Assembly: GCA_965222605.1 (NCBI GenBank)
Contig: OZ244960.1
Span: 4,704,001-4,768,000, forward strand
Source of the DNA: Candidatus Latescibacterota bacterium
GTDB lineage: Bacteria > Latescibacterota > UBA2968
DNA: 64,000 nucleotides
Reading direction: 5' to 3'
Shown here: positions 1 to 10,669 of the stretch, one piece after another
Position numbering within the stretch: the stretch's first letter is position 1
Layout of the letters: each line of letters starts with the position of its first letter
Program-made: the position numbers and the translations under genes
Notes under the pieces: generated by a model
The model's database searches: none
What the model was told of the DNA's origin: nothing
Seen by the model: only the letters and a program-made list of their open reading frames with translations

Positions 1-10
1 AGAGCAAGAG

Positions 11-217
11 ATGTTGTTCGATGCGTTTGAGAAGGCTATCGAATTGGCAGAAAAAGCAGGTTTTTCAGAGGCTGAGATTTTTCAGTTTTTTGAAGACGTG
101 ATTGATGTCCGTGCTTCTGAGCAGATCTTGGACAAAATGGATAGAACCGGAGAGAAACCAATGCCTTTGGAGGAATTCGAAGCATCAACTGGTTCGCACT
201 TACAGGGATGGCAATAA
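11..217 (+). CDS. Small acidic antitoxin-like protein (RelB/DUF6290-like C-terminus); may start upstream of the window
   Basis: Frame is open to the window edge. The EDVIDVRASEQIL...GEKPMPLEEFEA pattern is typical of type II antitoxin C-termini. Confidence 0.4.
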   Translation: MLFDAFEKAIELAEKAGFSEAEIFQFFEDVIDVRASEQILDKMDRTGEKPMPLEEFEASTGSHLQGWQ

Positions 218-226
218 ATAAAGCAG

Positions 227-490
227 TTAATGAGAGTTACTTTCATAAATACCTTCTTCCCGTTCGTCATAACGAGCATTTAGAATACTCGAAGGTCGAA
301 CGCGGGTTCCCGTCGCTTCCTTACGCTCGCGAACTCTGTGCAGCCACTCTTCAACCGAGGGCCGCGACGCGATTCGTTCCAATTCATTGCGGAGAAATGC
401 TTGCATGGACTGACGTTGGCGGGCGGCGCGAATAGCAAGTACGTCGTGTACATCTTCCGGAACGTCTTCTATAGTGATTTGTACTGGCAT
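227..490 (-). CDS. FitA-like ribbon-helix-helix antitoxin (orphan)
   Basis: MPVQITIEDVPEDVHDVLAIRAARQRQSMQAFLRNEL matches the FitA/Arc-like RHH pattern; no VapC gene follows. Confidence 0.75.
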   Translation of the reverse strand: MPVQITIEDVPEDVHDVLAIRAARQRQSMQAFLRNELERIASRPSVEEWLHRVRERKEATGTRVRPSSILNARYDEREEGIYESNSH

Positions 491-517
491 GACGGTTTAG
501 ACCTCTTAATAATGTGA

Positions 518-1645
518 TTATTTTTTCGCCTTGTCCATCAATTTTGCAAATTCGTCGAAGAGATAATCGGCATCGTGCGGGCCAGCAGAGGCTTCGGGGT
601 GGTATTGGACGGAGAAGGCGGGCAATTCGCGGTGGCGCAGGCCCTCGAGGGTGTTGTCGTTGAGATTGATGTGGGTGAGTGCTACGACTTCCCGGTCGAG
701 GGTGTTGAGATCGACGCAGAAACCGTGGTTTTGCGCGGTGATTTCGACTTTGCCCGTGCTGGCGTGCTGCACGGGCTGGTTGGCACCCCGGTGACCAAAT
801 TTGAGTTTGTACGTTTTCCCACCCAGTGCCAGGCCGAGAAGCTGATGGCCCAGACATATTCCAAAGGTGGGGCGTTCGCGGATCAATTTGCGGATGTTTT
901 CGACAGCATATGTCACGGGTTCTGGGTCGCCCGGGCCGTTGGACAAAAAGATGCCGTCGGGATCGATTTCGAGGAGTTGCTCTGCGGGTGTATCGGCAGG
1001 AAAAACAGTGATATCGCAGCCGCGATCAACGAGATAGCGCAAGATGTTGTGTTTGATGCCAAAGTCGTAAGCCGCCACGCGGTATTTGGCTTTTTGCCTG
1101 AGATGTCTGGTCTGACCGGTTTTGAGATCACAAAGGCCCTCGGCCCAGTGATAGGGTTCTGTGCAGGTGACGTTTTGCACGAGGTCGCGTCCGATCAGGC
1201 CGGGGAAGTCACGTGCTTTTTGAACGAGGCTGTCAGAATCGAGATCGATGGTTGACAGCACGCCTTTCATTGCGCCCCGAAGGCGGATATGCCGCACGAG
1301 TGCGCGGGTGTCAATGTCCTCAATGCCGGGTATGTTGTGTTCTTTTAGAAAGTCGCCGAGAGTAATGGTTGATCGCCAATTGCTGGGATATGGACAGTAT
1401 TCTTTGACCACAAAGCCAGAGACCTGGGGTTTTTGCGATTCGAAGTCGGATGGGTTGATGCCGTAGTTGCCAATGAGTGGATAGGTCATGGTTACGATCT
1501 GGCTGTTATAAGACGGATCTGTGAGGATTTCCTGATACCCTGTCATGCTGGTGTTGAAGACAACTTCTCCTTCGCATTCGGCTTCTGCGCCAAAGGATCT
1601 GCCTTTGAAAATGGTGCCGTCTTCCAATGCGAGAATCGCTTCCAT
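518..1645 (-). CDS. carA: Carbamoyl-phosphate synthase small subunit
   Basis: [37 protein letters not shown] and SVQYHPEAS motifs. Confidence 0.98.
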   Translation of the reverse strand: MEAILALEDGTIFKGRSFGAEAECEGEVVFNTSMTGYQEILTDPSYNSQIVTMTYPLIGNYGINPSDFESQKPQVSGFVVKEYCPYPSNWRSTITLGDFLKEHNIPGIEDIDTRALVRHIRLRGAMKGVLSTIDLDSDSLVQKARDFPGLIGRDLVQNVTCTEPYHWAEGLCDLKTGQTRHLRQKAKYRVAAYDFGIKHNILRYLVDRGCDITVFPADTPAEQLLEIDPDGIFLSNGPGDPEPVTYAVENIRKLIRERPTFGICLGHQLLGLALGGKTYKLKFGHRGANQPVQHASTGKVEITAQNHGFCVDLNTLDREVVALTHINLNDNTLEGLRHRELPAFSVQYHPEASAGPHDADYLFDEFAKLMDKAKK

Positions 1646-1658
1646 GAATGTTGTTCCT

Positions 1659-2930
1659 TTACTGTTTGTAAGTTATCCGTCCACCCAATATCGTCATTGT
1701 GGCTCGACCTTTTAATGTCCATCCGTGAAAGGGCGTGTTGCGCGATTTGGATTTGAATTGATTGGCATCTACAATCCATTCGAGATCGGGATTGATGACT
1801 GTAATATCAGCGGACTTGCCGAGGGAGAGGCTACCGCCTTCGATGCCGAGAATGCGCGCGGGTTCTGTTGTGAGTTTGGCAATTGTATCTGAGAGAGAGA
1901 GCAGGTTGGTGTGGACGAGTTTGGTGAAGATGACGCCAACGGCGGTTTCAAGACCGAGTATGCCATTGGGTGCATTGGTAAATGCACCCAATTTTTCTTT
2001 TGTCGTATGTGGCGCATGGTCTGTGGCGAGTGCGTCAATGGTGCCGTCCTGTAAGCCGGCGATTATGGCTTCGCGGTCTTCTCTGGCGCGAAGCGGCGGA
2101 CTCATTTTGCCGGCTGTGCCGAGCACGCGCACGTCTTCATCGGTCAACACAATGTGATGGGGCGAGGCTTCGCAGGTGACGGGTAGGCCCTCTGCTTTGG
2201 CTTTGCGCACGAGTTCGGCAGCGCGTTTGACGCTGAGGTGCAAGATGTGGAGACGCCCTCGAGTGTGGCGCACGAGTTCGATGTCGCGCGCGTTCATGGC
2301 GGCTTCGCCTTCGGCGGGCATGCCTTTCAGACCGAGTTCGCGGGAGACAGCGCCTTCGTGCATGTGCCCTCCGCGCGTGAGTTCAAAGACTTCTGAGTGG
2401 GGATAAACCGCAAAATCGTTGGCGGCGGCGCGTTCCAAAAGTTGGCGCATCAAGGCTTCGGATTCAATGGGGAGGCCGTCGTCGGAAAACCCAACAGCAC
2501 CTGCTTTGAGCAGGGCATCGGTATCGGTGAGTTTTTCACCCTGCATTTTTTTTGTTGCACAGGCGATGGGATACACGCGGGCATCTGCAGATTTTGCCTG
2601 TTGGGCGATGTATTGGACAATTTCTGGGCTGTCCATCGGCGGTTCTGTATTGGGCAAACAGGCTATAGATGTGAAGCCGCCGGCAGCAGCGGCTTCACAT
2701 CCGGTTTTGATGGTTTCTTTTTCGGGAAAACCCGGATCGCGCAAGTGGACGTGCATATCGATGAGACCGGGCGCAACGACCAGACCGGAGACGTCAAAGG
2801 TCTCGGCACTTGTAGCGATATGCGGTTCAATACGCGCGATGTGACCGCGCTGGATGAGCAGATCGGCTATTTCATCGCGGTTGTTGGCCGGGTCGATGAT
2901 GCGACCGTTTTTAAGCAGGAGATCGGGCAT
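1659..2930 (-). CDS. pyrC: Dihydroorotase (type I)
   Basis: [28 protein letters not shown] and SKSRNTPF motifs. ATG at 2930 chosen; TTG at 2957 is an alternative start. Confidence 0.95.
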   Translation of the reverse strand: MPDLLLKNGRIIDPANNRDEIADLLIQRGHIARIEPHIATSAETFDVSGLVVAPGLIDMHVHLRDPGFPEKETIKTGCEAAAAGGFTSIACLPNTEPPMDSPEIVQYIAQQAKSADARVYPIACATKKMQGEKLTDTDALLKAGAVGFSDDGLPIESEALMRQLLERAAANDFAVYPHSEVFELTRGGHMHEGAVSRELGLKGMPAEGEAAMNARDIELVRHTRGRLHILHLSVKRAAELVRKAKAEGLPVTCEASPHHIVLTDEDVRVLGTAGKMSPPLRAREDREAIIAGLQDGTIDALATDHAPHTTKEKLGAFTNAPNGILGLETAVGVIFTKLVHTNLLSLSDTIAKLTTEPARILGIEGGSLSLGKSADITVINPDLEWIVDANQFKSKSRNTPFHGWTLKGRATMTILGGRITYKQ

Positions 2931-2953
2931 TGAAAAGTTGTAAATATCCTCGC

Positions 2954-4255
2954 TCAATCTGCAAAAACGGGTTCGGGCACGCGGTCGCGGTAGGCTTCGA
3001 TGGGCGGTAGATTGCCGTCGGCTTCGGTTTCGAGGGGGCGCAGGCCAGTGAGAATTTCGAGGTCGTCGCGGATGTCGGCCTGTGCCAGATAGGCTTCAGA
3101 GGCTTCGACTTCACCCAGATCGAGCGTGTTGGGGATCCAGAGTACGCGGGCGTCTTCTGGCGCGATGAGGCCAATGGATTCGAGGGCAATGTCGAGAACT
3201 TCGGCGTCTGTGTCGCAGTGCAGCGGAATCGCACCTGCTGAAACGTGTTGCCCGGTGATGACGTTGGTATAGGTGGCGTGATAGTCGATTTTATCGACGA
3301 GGCGCCTGGTGGTAAATTCGGCCATGCCGATGCCGGTGGCGTTGCCGTGTGTGACTTCGGTGAGGTCGCGCACAAAGATGCGCAAGACGCGCGGGGTTTC
3401 GTCGCCCATTGCGCGGCGGTCGTTGCGCTTGCGTCCGATGACGTTGGTGTCCATACCCGAGCCGGAGATGTTTTTGCCCATTTCGTCGATGATGAGCAGG
3501 TCAACATCATCGAAGGGAAGCGAGGGGCACCACTCTTTGGATTTGGCCTGAAGTACTTTTTCGCGTTCTTCAAAGTCTGCCGCGGGAATGGCTTCGATGA
3601 GTGCGGTTTCGTCGTAGCCATTTTCAAGGGTGGCTATGCCAAAGGTGATGGGCATTTCCTCGCGCACGACTTTGCCGACTAAGCGCACGATTTTGTCAAA
3701 GGAGTGGTGGATGATGGCGCGGTGATATACCGAGGCGCCTTTGTGTTTGCCCAGGCCAATGAGCATCATTTTCATCAGTCCGCTTTCAATTTCGCCGGCA
3801 AATCCCGTATGCGGTTTGATGCGGTTGACCACAATGACGTGATCGGCTTCGGACGCGTGTTTGTCAAAGTAGATGGGCATGCCAAAATCCGATACGCCGA
3901 TCTGGATGACGTCCATCGACGATTTGATCGGGCAGCCCATTGCGCCTTCGGTGATGCCATATTCAGCCAGGACCTGGGTTTGTCCCTCGGCTGTGCCTCC
4001 GCCGTGCGATCCCATTGCGGGCACGATGTAGGGAACAGCGCCAATGGCTTTCATTTCTTCGACGACGGTTTTGACGATGGTGTCGATGTTGGCGACGCCG
4101 CGGCTGCCTGCGGCTATGGCGACGGTTTGACCGGGTTTGATTGTAGAACTGGGATTGATTCTGGCGATTTCATCGCGTACAGTGCCAGCGATTTCATCGA
4201 CGCGAGGAGCGTCGAAGTGTTGGCGAATGCGGAACATTTGCGGGTAAGTCGGCAT
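2954..4255 (-). CDS. LarA/DUF2088-superfamily (lactate racemase domain) protein
   Basis: AGSRG, PAMGSHGG, NRIKPHT, ESGLMKMMLIGLGK and GKNISGSGMDTN motifs. Confidence 0.8.
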   Translation of the reverse strand: MPTYPQMFRIRQHFDAPRVDEIAGTVRDEIARINPSSTIKPGQTVAIAAGSRGVANIDTIVKTVVEEMKAIGAVPYIVPAMGSHGGGTAEGQTQVLAEYGITEGAMGCPIKSSMDVIQIGVSDFGMPIYFDKHASEADHVIVVNRIKPHTGFAGEIESGLMKMMLIGLGKHKGASVYHRAIIHHSFDKIVRLVGKVVREEMPITFGIATLENGYDETALIEAIPAADFEEREKVLQAKSKEWCPSLPFDDVDLLIIDEMGKNISGSGMDTNVIGRKRNDRRAMGDETPRVLRIFVRDLTEVTHGNATGIGMAEFTTRRLVDKIDYHATYTNVITGQHVSAGAIPLHCDTDAEVLDIALESIGLIAPEDARVLWIPNTLDLGEVEASEAYLAQADIRDDLEILTGLRPLETEADGNLPPIEAYRDRVPEPVFAD

Positions 4256-4282
4256 GGTTTATCCTCCTGTTGTGATTTGCTA

Positions 4283-5443
4283 TCACATGGATTCTTCGTA
4301 AAGGGCGATCACGTCTTTTATCGTTGTTTTGCGCGGATTGACCTGAATATTGCCACTTTTCATCGCGTCTTCGGCCATGACATGGATGCCTTCGGTTTTT
4401 GCACCTGCTTCGCTCAATGTAGCGGGAATGCCCACGTCGTCGGATAGGTTTTCCACGGATTCAACGGCGAGAACAGATGCGTCAACAGCGCTCAATCCAT
4501 TGACATCTTCGCCCATGGCACTGGCGATATCGGCGAATTTTTCTGGGCAGGCGCAGCGATTGTAGGCCATGATGCGGGTGAGCAAGATCGAGTTGGCAAT
4601 GCCGTGTGGCACGCCGTAGTGACCACCGACTGGATGCGACATGGCATGTACGTTGCCCAGGCGCGTTTGTGAGAATGCGAACCCGGCCATGGTGCTGGCG
4701 ATGAGCATATTTTGCGTAGCTTCGTGGTTGTGGTCGCTGTACGCGGCTTGTCGCAGGTTTTGCGAGATGAGGCGGATCGCGTGCAGGGCCATGCCTTCGG
4801 AGATTGGATTGGACATTAGCGATACATAGGATTCAATGGCGTGTGTCAATGCATCCATTCCCGTGGCGGCGGCAATGGGTAGCGGCAATGCGACGGCCAT
4901 ATCGGCATCGAGAATGCCCACATTGGGAATGACATAGGGACCTGCGACAGTGCCTTTGAAGTGGTTGTCGTCGGTAATGACGGCAAAGGGCGTGACTTCG
5001 CTGGCTGTGCCATAGGTTGTGGGGACGCACAGGAGAAAGGGGATGGGACCGGGAACGGGTTTTTCGCCGATAAAATAATTGGTGATTTTTCCTCCGTGAT
5101 TGATGAGTACGCCCGAGGTTTTTGCCACGTCCATTGAGGATCCCCCGCCAATGGCGAGCAGGAAATCGCAATTTTCCGACTGGTATTGTGCGGCACATTC
5201 CTCGACGTTGCGGATGGGTGGGTTGGGTTCAACGCCGTCATAGATGCTGTAGGAGATGTGCGATTTGTCGAGTATTTCTGTAACGCGGGCGACAACGCCG
5301 GCCTGGACGAGGCCCCTGTCGGTGACGATTTGCGCCTTTTTCACCTGCTGTTCTTTCACAATTTGGGGGATGTTGCCAATGGTACCCCGCCCCATGATGA
5401 GGCGCGTGGGACCGTAATAACCAAAGTGATTTTGAAACGCCAC
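4283..5443 (-). CDS. Iron-containing alcohol dehydrogenase
   Basis: AIGGGSSMDVAK, PTTYGTASEVT, GMDALTHAIE and HAMSH...PHG motifs; GTG start preceded by GAGGA. Confidence 0.95.
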   Translation of the reverse strand: MAFQNHFGYYGPTRLIMGRGTIGNIPQIVKEQQVKKAQIVTDRGLVQAGVVARVTEILDKSHISYSIYDGVEPNPPIRNVEECAAQYQSENCDFLLAIGGGSSMDVAKTSGVLINHGGKITNYFIGEKPVPGPIPFLLCVPTTYGTASEVTPFAVITDDNHFKGTVAGPYVIPNVGILDADMAVALPLPIAAATGMDALTHAIESYVSLMSNPISEGMALHAIRLISQNLRQAAYSDHNHEATQNMLIASTMAGFAFSQTRLGNVHAMSHPVGGHYGVPHGIANSILLTRIMAYNRCACPEKFADIASAMGEDVNGLSAVDASVLAVESVENLSDDVGIPATLSEAGAKTEGIHVMAEDAMKSGNIQVNPRKTTIKDVIALYEESM

Positions 5444-5551
5444 GAGCAAAGTCCTCTGCGATTTTTATTTCAGCGACAGTGGTTTGGAAAGAAAATGGTT
5501 TTTGATGGCGTTGTCAATGAGATAAAGATACGTCAGTGGTGCGGCGTTGGC

Positions 5552-8521
5552 TTAAAATGATGTGCCGACACGGACGTAGTAGCCGACGCCCTCTGGATCG
5601 GTGAATCGGTATGCCACGCCCGTGCGGAGGCGGATGGTTAAATAGAAGGCGGCGTAGTCGGTGATAAGCTCGGTGCCAGCCGATAGGAGTGGGTGAGATT
5701 GCGATGTGTCGCGTCCCCAGATGTTGGCGGCGTCGGCGAAGAACGTCCAGAAGATGTGGTCGGCGTGTAGCGGCAATGCCACCAATCCGCGGTTTTCCAA
5801 TGCAAGGGGTGCGCGGTATTCCACTGATGCGGACCAGGCGCGCCTTCCCGACCGCGTCGATTTATCGTACCCCCGCACTGGAAAAGTGATCGACTCAGCA
5901 CCTCCGATGTCGAAGTATCCGTTATCACTGCCCGGTCCCCGAGATGCGCCAGCACTTGCGCGCAGTGCCAGCACGGGTGCCGCGAATTGGCGCCCCGGAA
6001 ACCAGTGTGGCAGTCTCGTGTAGGTCTTGACGGTGCCTCTGATGTCATCGACTGAGCGGTCGTTTGAAGAGCGAGCAGAGAGGTCGTGGCGTCGCCTGAC
6101 GCGGAGGGAGAACGATGTGCCGGTCGCCTGTCCCATCTGAAAGGCGTGTGAGCGGGCATTAGAGGCGGAGAAACGCACCGACAGTTCGCCCAGGGTACTG
6201 CGTGGATCGTCGAGTCGATACCGGTCCGTTGTCTGTAGCACGGAGTCCAGGACCTCCCGATCCTCTCGCACGAGCCCTCCGGAGACTGTGAGTGAGACAC
6301 TGCTCCGCGCTTTTGGTCGCGCCAGCGTCATTGATACTAAGGCACGGCGTTCCCGTTCGAGGATAAAGAATGTGTCGGGCGGGGCGTTGACGATTTCCTG
6401 CTGTAGTCTGGCGCCGTCTTCGTCCCAGTCCTGCGAGAGCGATAACCCGAGCGTGGGGTTCCCCAGTCCGCGATAGCGGTACGACAAATCGCCCGCTGCT
6501 CTTCCGGCGGAAGATGACCTGACCGGCAGGAAGACGCGGGCGCCGATCTCGTATTCGTGCCGGCGCACGAGGTCGATCCCAGAGGTGCGAGCGCCGATGG
6601 CTGTGCCGAGTACTTTAGTGCGAGGTATCGCCGTTTCTCCCTTGCGGTGAGCGGGTACTGCTATGGGGTCATTCCAGATGGGTATCCAGTAGTAGGGACG
6701 CAGGGTCTCAAGCGGCGAGTAGGCGTGCACTGGTCCTTTTGCGCGTCCGCGTGGTCTATCGCCCACGACCCCCCCGGCGATGTGTGTCGAGTCAGCGCGA
6801 AGCGCGGGTGGTGCAGTAGTGGGATTGAAGGGGATGCGTTCGATCTCCCAGCCATCGACGTGGTAACCGGAAAAGTAGAGCCAGTGCCCCGATGGATCGA
6901 CGCTGGGGTACGCTGCCCCTGTGCGGAGATTGGTCAGCATGACGGGGGGTGCGACTTGCCCGCTATCGACTTTTGACGCGAGTATGTTTGGGATGCCGCT
7001 GCGGTCAGATGCCCAGATCAGCCACTGGCCGTTGGCACTCCATGAGGGAGCGAAGTCGAGGGCGCGGTCGCGGGTCACTTCGCAGACAAGGTTGCCGTGT
7101 GCATCGAGGAGGACGATGTCGTGGTGCCCCTGAGTCCAGCGTGTCGCCGCAATCCATCGGCCATCGGGTGAGACCGCAGGGTGCGCCCAGTGGACCTCTG
7201 GATCGGGAGGGACCAGTGTCTCGATGGTGCCGTTGCTGAGATTGACCCGCGCCAGCCCATTGGTTCCCCCTCCTTCGGCGACTGCGACTGCCCAGCCTGC
7301 TGGGCCAACCGATGGGGAGGTTAAGCGGGCGCGAGTTGTTATGCGTCGCACATCACTACCCGGCGTTACGCGGTAGAGATCGCTAAATATGCGGTGGGGA
7401 CCGGCAAAGTCGAATTCTGCGAAGACGACATCTCCATCGGGGGCGAATGCGAATGTGGTGCCGCCGTTAGTCAGGGCTATGGTCGATTCGCCACCGCCAT
7501 CTAATTTGGCTGATACCAATTTGGCATCTGATCGTCCGTCTGATCGGATGTAGTACAGTGCTGAGCCATCGGGCGATACCTTTGGATGGAGCGCATAGCG
7601 GGCACCGCGGGTTAGTGCCTGCGGCTCGGTGATTGCACCGAATCTGGAGAGGCGGGAGTCCAGCACTGCCGCCGCTATCCGCTGTGTATCTGCCCACGCT
7701 TTCCACTCGCTCGTCAAGGTGGTGCCAAAGGCGTTGCGACCGGCGGCATTGAGGCGGTAGGGGATCCACTGTTTTTCCACTGCTTTGACGAAGGCTACCA
7801 GGCGGTCGCGCCCGTATTTTTGTGTCAGGTGTTCGAAGAAGAGCGATCCATAAGCATAAGGGCGCGTTCCCCCCGGCCACTGGGGTGAGTAGCCACTTGC
7901 CTGACCAATGGACTCGAACCGTCCTTCAAGAGCCGCGGTTCGCAGGACCATTTTGTAGAATGTTCCATGAACGCGCCCGGTGCCAGTCAGTGCCGATTCG
8001 TACCAGATGGCGATCCCTTCGAGCACCCACCGCGGAGTGGTGAGCGCTGGGAATGATAACGGTATCGGCACCCGTCCAAATAGCTTGCTTCTATAGCGGC
8101 CCGGGCGGTCAATGTGGAAGATGTGCGTCAGTTCGTGTACAATGGCGTATTCCAGCCAGTCGTCGAAGTAGGCAAGCCCGAAATAGTCGATAGGTGGGCG
8201 GGCGTAGATGATTATTCGGTTTGAAGGCCACACGGTTGCGGAGGCATTCGAAATATCGATGTGATCGGTTATTGCAAGGTCAATCATCCCGCGTGGCGCG
8301 GCGATGAACTGTTCGGATAGTTGGGCATGCGCCCACTCTGCACGCTCCGCTGCCCGACGTCCCAGGTCTTCGAGATGCGCGGGAAATGTGACGCGAAAGT
8401 GTTCGGTATCGAGTGTGCGCCACGATTCGTCCGGCGCAATGCGTTGTGCGGATGCCGACGCCGTGCATAAGGCGATGGTGGCGAGTATAATTTTTACTCC
8501 TACATCCATCCTCGATCTCAT
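5552..8521 (-). CDS. Secreted/outer-membrane protein: N-terminal zincin-like HExxH domain, TolB/PD40 beta-propeller, C-terminal BamA-like beta-barrel
   Basis: Signal peptide; IVHELTH...WVLEGIA; repeated PxxSPDG motifs; FPVRGY motif; terminal YYVRVGTSF outer-membrane signature. Confidence 0.8.
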   Translation of the reverse strand: MRSRMDVGVKIILATIALCTASASAQRIAPDESWRTLDTEHFRVTFPAHLEDLGRRAAERAEWAHAQLSEQFIAAPRGMIDLAITDHIDISNASATVWPSNRIIIYARPPIDYFGLAYFDDWLEYAIVHELTHIFHIDRPGRYRSKLFGRVPIPLSFPALTTPRWVLEGIAIWYESALTGTGRVHGTFYKMVLRTAALEGRFESIGQASGYSPQWPGGTRPYAYGSLFFEHLTQKYGRDRLVAFVKAVEKQWIPYRLNAAGRNAFGTTLTSEWKAWADTQRIAAAVLDSRLSRFGAITEPQALTRGARYALHPKVSPDGSALYYIRSDGRSDAKLVSAKLDGGGESTIALTNGGTTFAFAPDGDVVFAEFDFAGPHRIFSDLYRVTPGSDVRRITTRARLTSPSVGPAGWAVAVAEGGGTNGLARVNLSNGTIETLVPPDPEVHWAHPAVSPDGRWIAATRWTQGHHDIVLLDAHGNLVCEVTRDRALDFAPSWSANGQWLIWASDRSGIPNILASKVDSGQVAPPVMLTNLRTGAAYPSVDPSGHWLYFSGYHVDGWEIERIPFNPTTAPPALRADSTHIAGGVVGDRPRGRAKGPVHAYSPLETLRPYYWIPIWNDPIAVPAHRKGETAIPRTKVLGTAIGARTSGIDLVRRHEYEIGARVFLPVRSSSAGRAAGDLSYRYRGLGNPTLGLSLSQDWDEDGARLQQEIVNAPPDTFFILERERRALVSMTLARPKARSSVSLTVSGGLVREDREVLDSVLQTTDRYRLDDPRSTLGELSVRFSASNARSHAFQMGQATGTSFSLRVRRRHDLSARSSNDRSVDDIRGTVKTYTRLPHWFPGRQFAAPVLALRASAGASRGPGSDNGYFDIGGAESITFPVRGYDKSTRSGRRAWSASVEYRAPLALENRGLVALPLHADHIFWTFFADAANIWGRDTSQSHPLLSAGTELITDYAAFYLTIRLRTGVAYRFTDPEGVGYYVRVGTSF

Positions 8522-8531
8522 CGTTAGAGTA

Positions 8532-10520
8532 TTAAAAATTGTGGAAGCCGTGTCCCGAGCCGGGGAACCAGATAAGGTCTATTACCATTCCGACGCCAAT
8601 GCCTGTGCAATAGCCAATTACTGTGCCGTAAAAAAAGGGTTTTGCGCGTTCGTAGAGGCGGGGTCCGCCAAAATGGACGATGAGGAGTTTGGCCGCCCAG
8701 ACCATGAAAATGCTCAGGGCGTAATAGCGAGGTCCTGTTGTGTATTGAAATGCCAGACCCAGGGGATGCAGTGGCCAGCGAGGGAACCATGTACGCAGAC
8801 CCGCTAATAATGCGGCTATCCCTGCGCCCCAAATCCAGATGCCGAGTTTTTGGAGGTCGAAAGATGTTTTTTCGGTTTCGCCCAATGCGCGTCCAATTCC
8901 GCCAAAAATACCCAGTGGGCCTTCCCAGAGTGTCCATGACCGCAGGAAGAGCGCAGAGTCGCGATAACAATAGTAGATGATGGTGGCGGCACAGACAAAG
9001 AAGCCCATGGTGAACGCGAGAAAGACGACGCCACTCGTCCAGTGTTTGCCGCGTTCTGCGGGCACATCGTCCATAGCTTTGAGATGATGGGGCAGTACTT
9101 GCATGGTTTGAATGCGTCCGCCGCCGTAGAATACGCCGCTGTTGACCAGGTGCATCGCGGTCATTTCGCGGGTCGATAAGGTGGCTGTGCCGAGGATCGC
9201 GTTGACAAAGCCCGATCCTTTGATCCACACCGGGAAGAGGTACCCAAATCCGCTGGCGGCAATGAATTTGGAGGTCGCAAAATACGCGATGAACATCAGC
9301 AACAGATGGATAATCGCAAGGGAGAGCGACATGCCCAGGGATATGAAAAAGTTACAGAGGTACAACACGGAAATGATCAGGCCGACAACGGCGAAGCGAT
9401 AGGCGATGGGCCCATCGCCGCGTTCACCGTTTAAAGCGGTTTGCACGACATGTATCAGATGCCGCCGTGCGATCCATACAGACCAGACGACGAGCACGGT
9501 CATTGCGCCGTGGCTTTCCAGGTTGACGATCTCGCCGCCGTTGGCAACTTGTCCTTCTAACCCCACCGTAAAACCCGTGCGGTTGATCACGCCCATTTTG
9601 ACCACGGCGAACAGGCCAAAGAACCAGAAGCTGAACAGGAGGTCCAGGCTGCACAAATATCCGAGGCCAATGACCAGAGGTAAGACGCGCAAATAGACGG
9701 GTGGAAAGCTCTGTGCAACGGTCATGGATTTGGTGTTGATGCTGTCGAAGAGCGTGATGCGGGGTACGTTGGGGAACCAGAAGTTGATGATGTTCCATCC
9801 AATGATGCCCGCGGTCCAGGAAAAGCCAGCCCAGAAGATGGGGTCGCGGAAAATTTTGGGCAATGCACGTCCTTCGCCAAAGCCCTCCATGAGGTCCATG
9901 GGGAAGTTGACGAGCGGATAGGTCAAGCGCTCGGCATCGGCCCATTGCCGGTGAAAGATGGCGATGACAAAAAATCCGGCGGACATGAAGGCCAGTACGC
10001 CAGAGAACCACCATAAGACCGACGGTATCCAGCCCGTCCAGGGGACGTATTCTCCCGTGTGCAGGCCAAAATAGAAACGGTCCATGATCCAGGGCGTGGG
10101 TTCGGGAAATGCCCAGCGGGGCAGTTCATCTAAGAATAATTCTGCCCAGCGATTTTCCGGAGAAGCAAAAAAATGGGGTGCGGGCAATGCGCCGACAAAG
10201 TATCCCATCCAGCCGACGCCGGGCATCATGCCCACAATCCACATGGTGGCAAAGATCACCATCATTTCATGGCGGGAGAGCACAGATTTAGGCGCGAACC
10301 GGGCGATGATCATGTTGATCACGACCCAGAGGAGGAATCCCAGGATGAGGGCAACGGGAAAACTGGATTTAACCAGCGATCCGGCGTGGAGTACGATTTC
10401 GAGGACATTTTGGGCATAAGCCATCAGACCGGCAGTGAGCAGGCCAAGGAGGATGGATCGGCCGGTGATACGCGGGGATTCGGTCGGTTGGATTTGGGGA
10501 TCGGTTTTTGCAATAGCCAT
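8532..10520 (-). CDS. Polytopic membrane protein, DUF6785/DUF6784 family (putative transporter)
   Basis: Many hydrophobic segments; RQWADAERLTYP, WPLHPLG and GGPRLYERAKPFFYG motifs. Confidence 0.75.
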   Translation of the reverse strand: MAIAKTDPQIQPTESPRITGRSILLGLLTAGLMAYAQNVLEIVLHAGSLVKSSFPVALILGFLLWVVINMIIARFAPKSVLSRHEMMVIFATMWIVGMMPGVGWMGYFVGALPAPHFFASPENRWAELFLDELPRWAFPEPTPWIMDRFYFGLHTGEYVPWTGWIPSVLWWFSGVLAFMSAGFFVIAIFHRQWADAERLTYPLVNFPMDLMEGFGEGRALPKIFRDPIFWAGFSWTAGIIGWNIINFWFPNVPRITLFDSINTKSMTVAQSFPPVYLRVLPLVIGLGYLCSLDLLFSFWFFGLFAVVKMGVINRTGFTVGLEGQVANGGEIVNLESHGAMTVLVVWSVWIARRHLIHVVQTALNGERGDGPIAYRFAVVGLIISVLYLCNFFISLGMSLSLAIIHLLLMFIAYFATSKFIAASGFGYLFPVWIKGSGFVNAILGTATLSTREMTAMHLVNSGVFYGGGRIQTMQVLPHHLKAMDDVPAERGKHWTSGVVFLAFTMGFFVCAATIIYYCYRDSALFLRSWTLWEGPLGIFGGIGRALGETEKTSFDLQKLGIWIWGAGIAALLAGLRTWFPRWPLHPLGLAFQYTTGPRYYALSIFMVWAAKLLIVHFGGPRLYERAKPFFYGTVIGYCTGIGVGMVIDLIWFPGSGHGFHNF

Positions 10521-10669
10521 TTTTTACTCCGTATTTAGAATGCGCGTAATATACGATGCCCAAACAGAGGTGTCAAACGCATGGGGTTGTGTTTGTGAAT
10601 TTGTGATATTGGGGTTATTATGGAGGGGATAGGGACAGGTAGATCAATCTCATATTTTTCGATTTTCTT

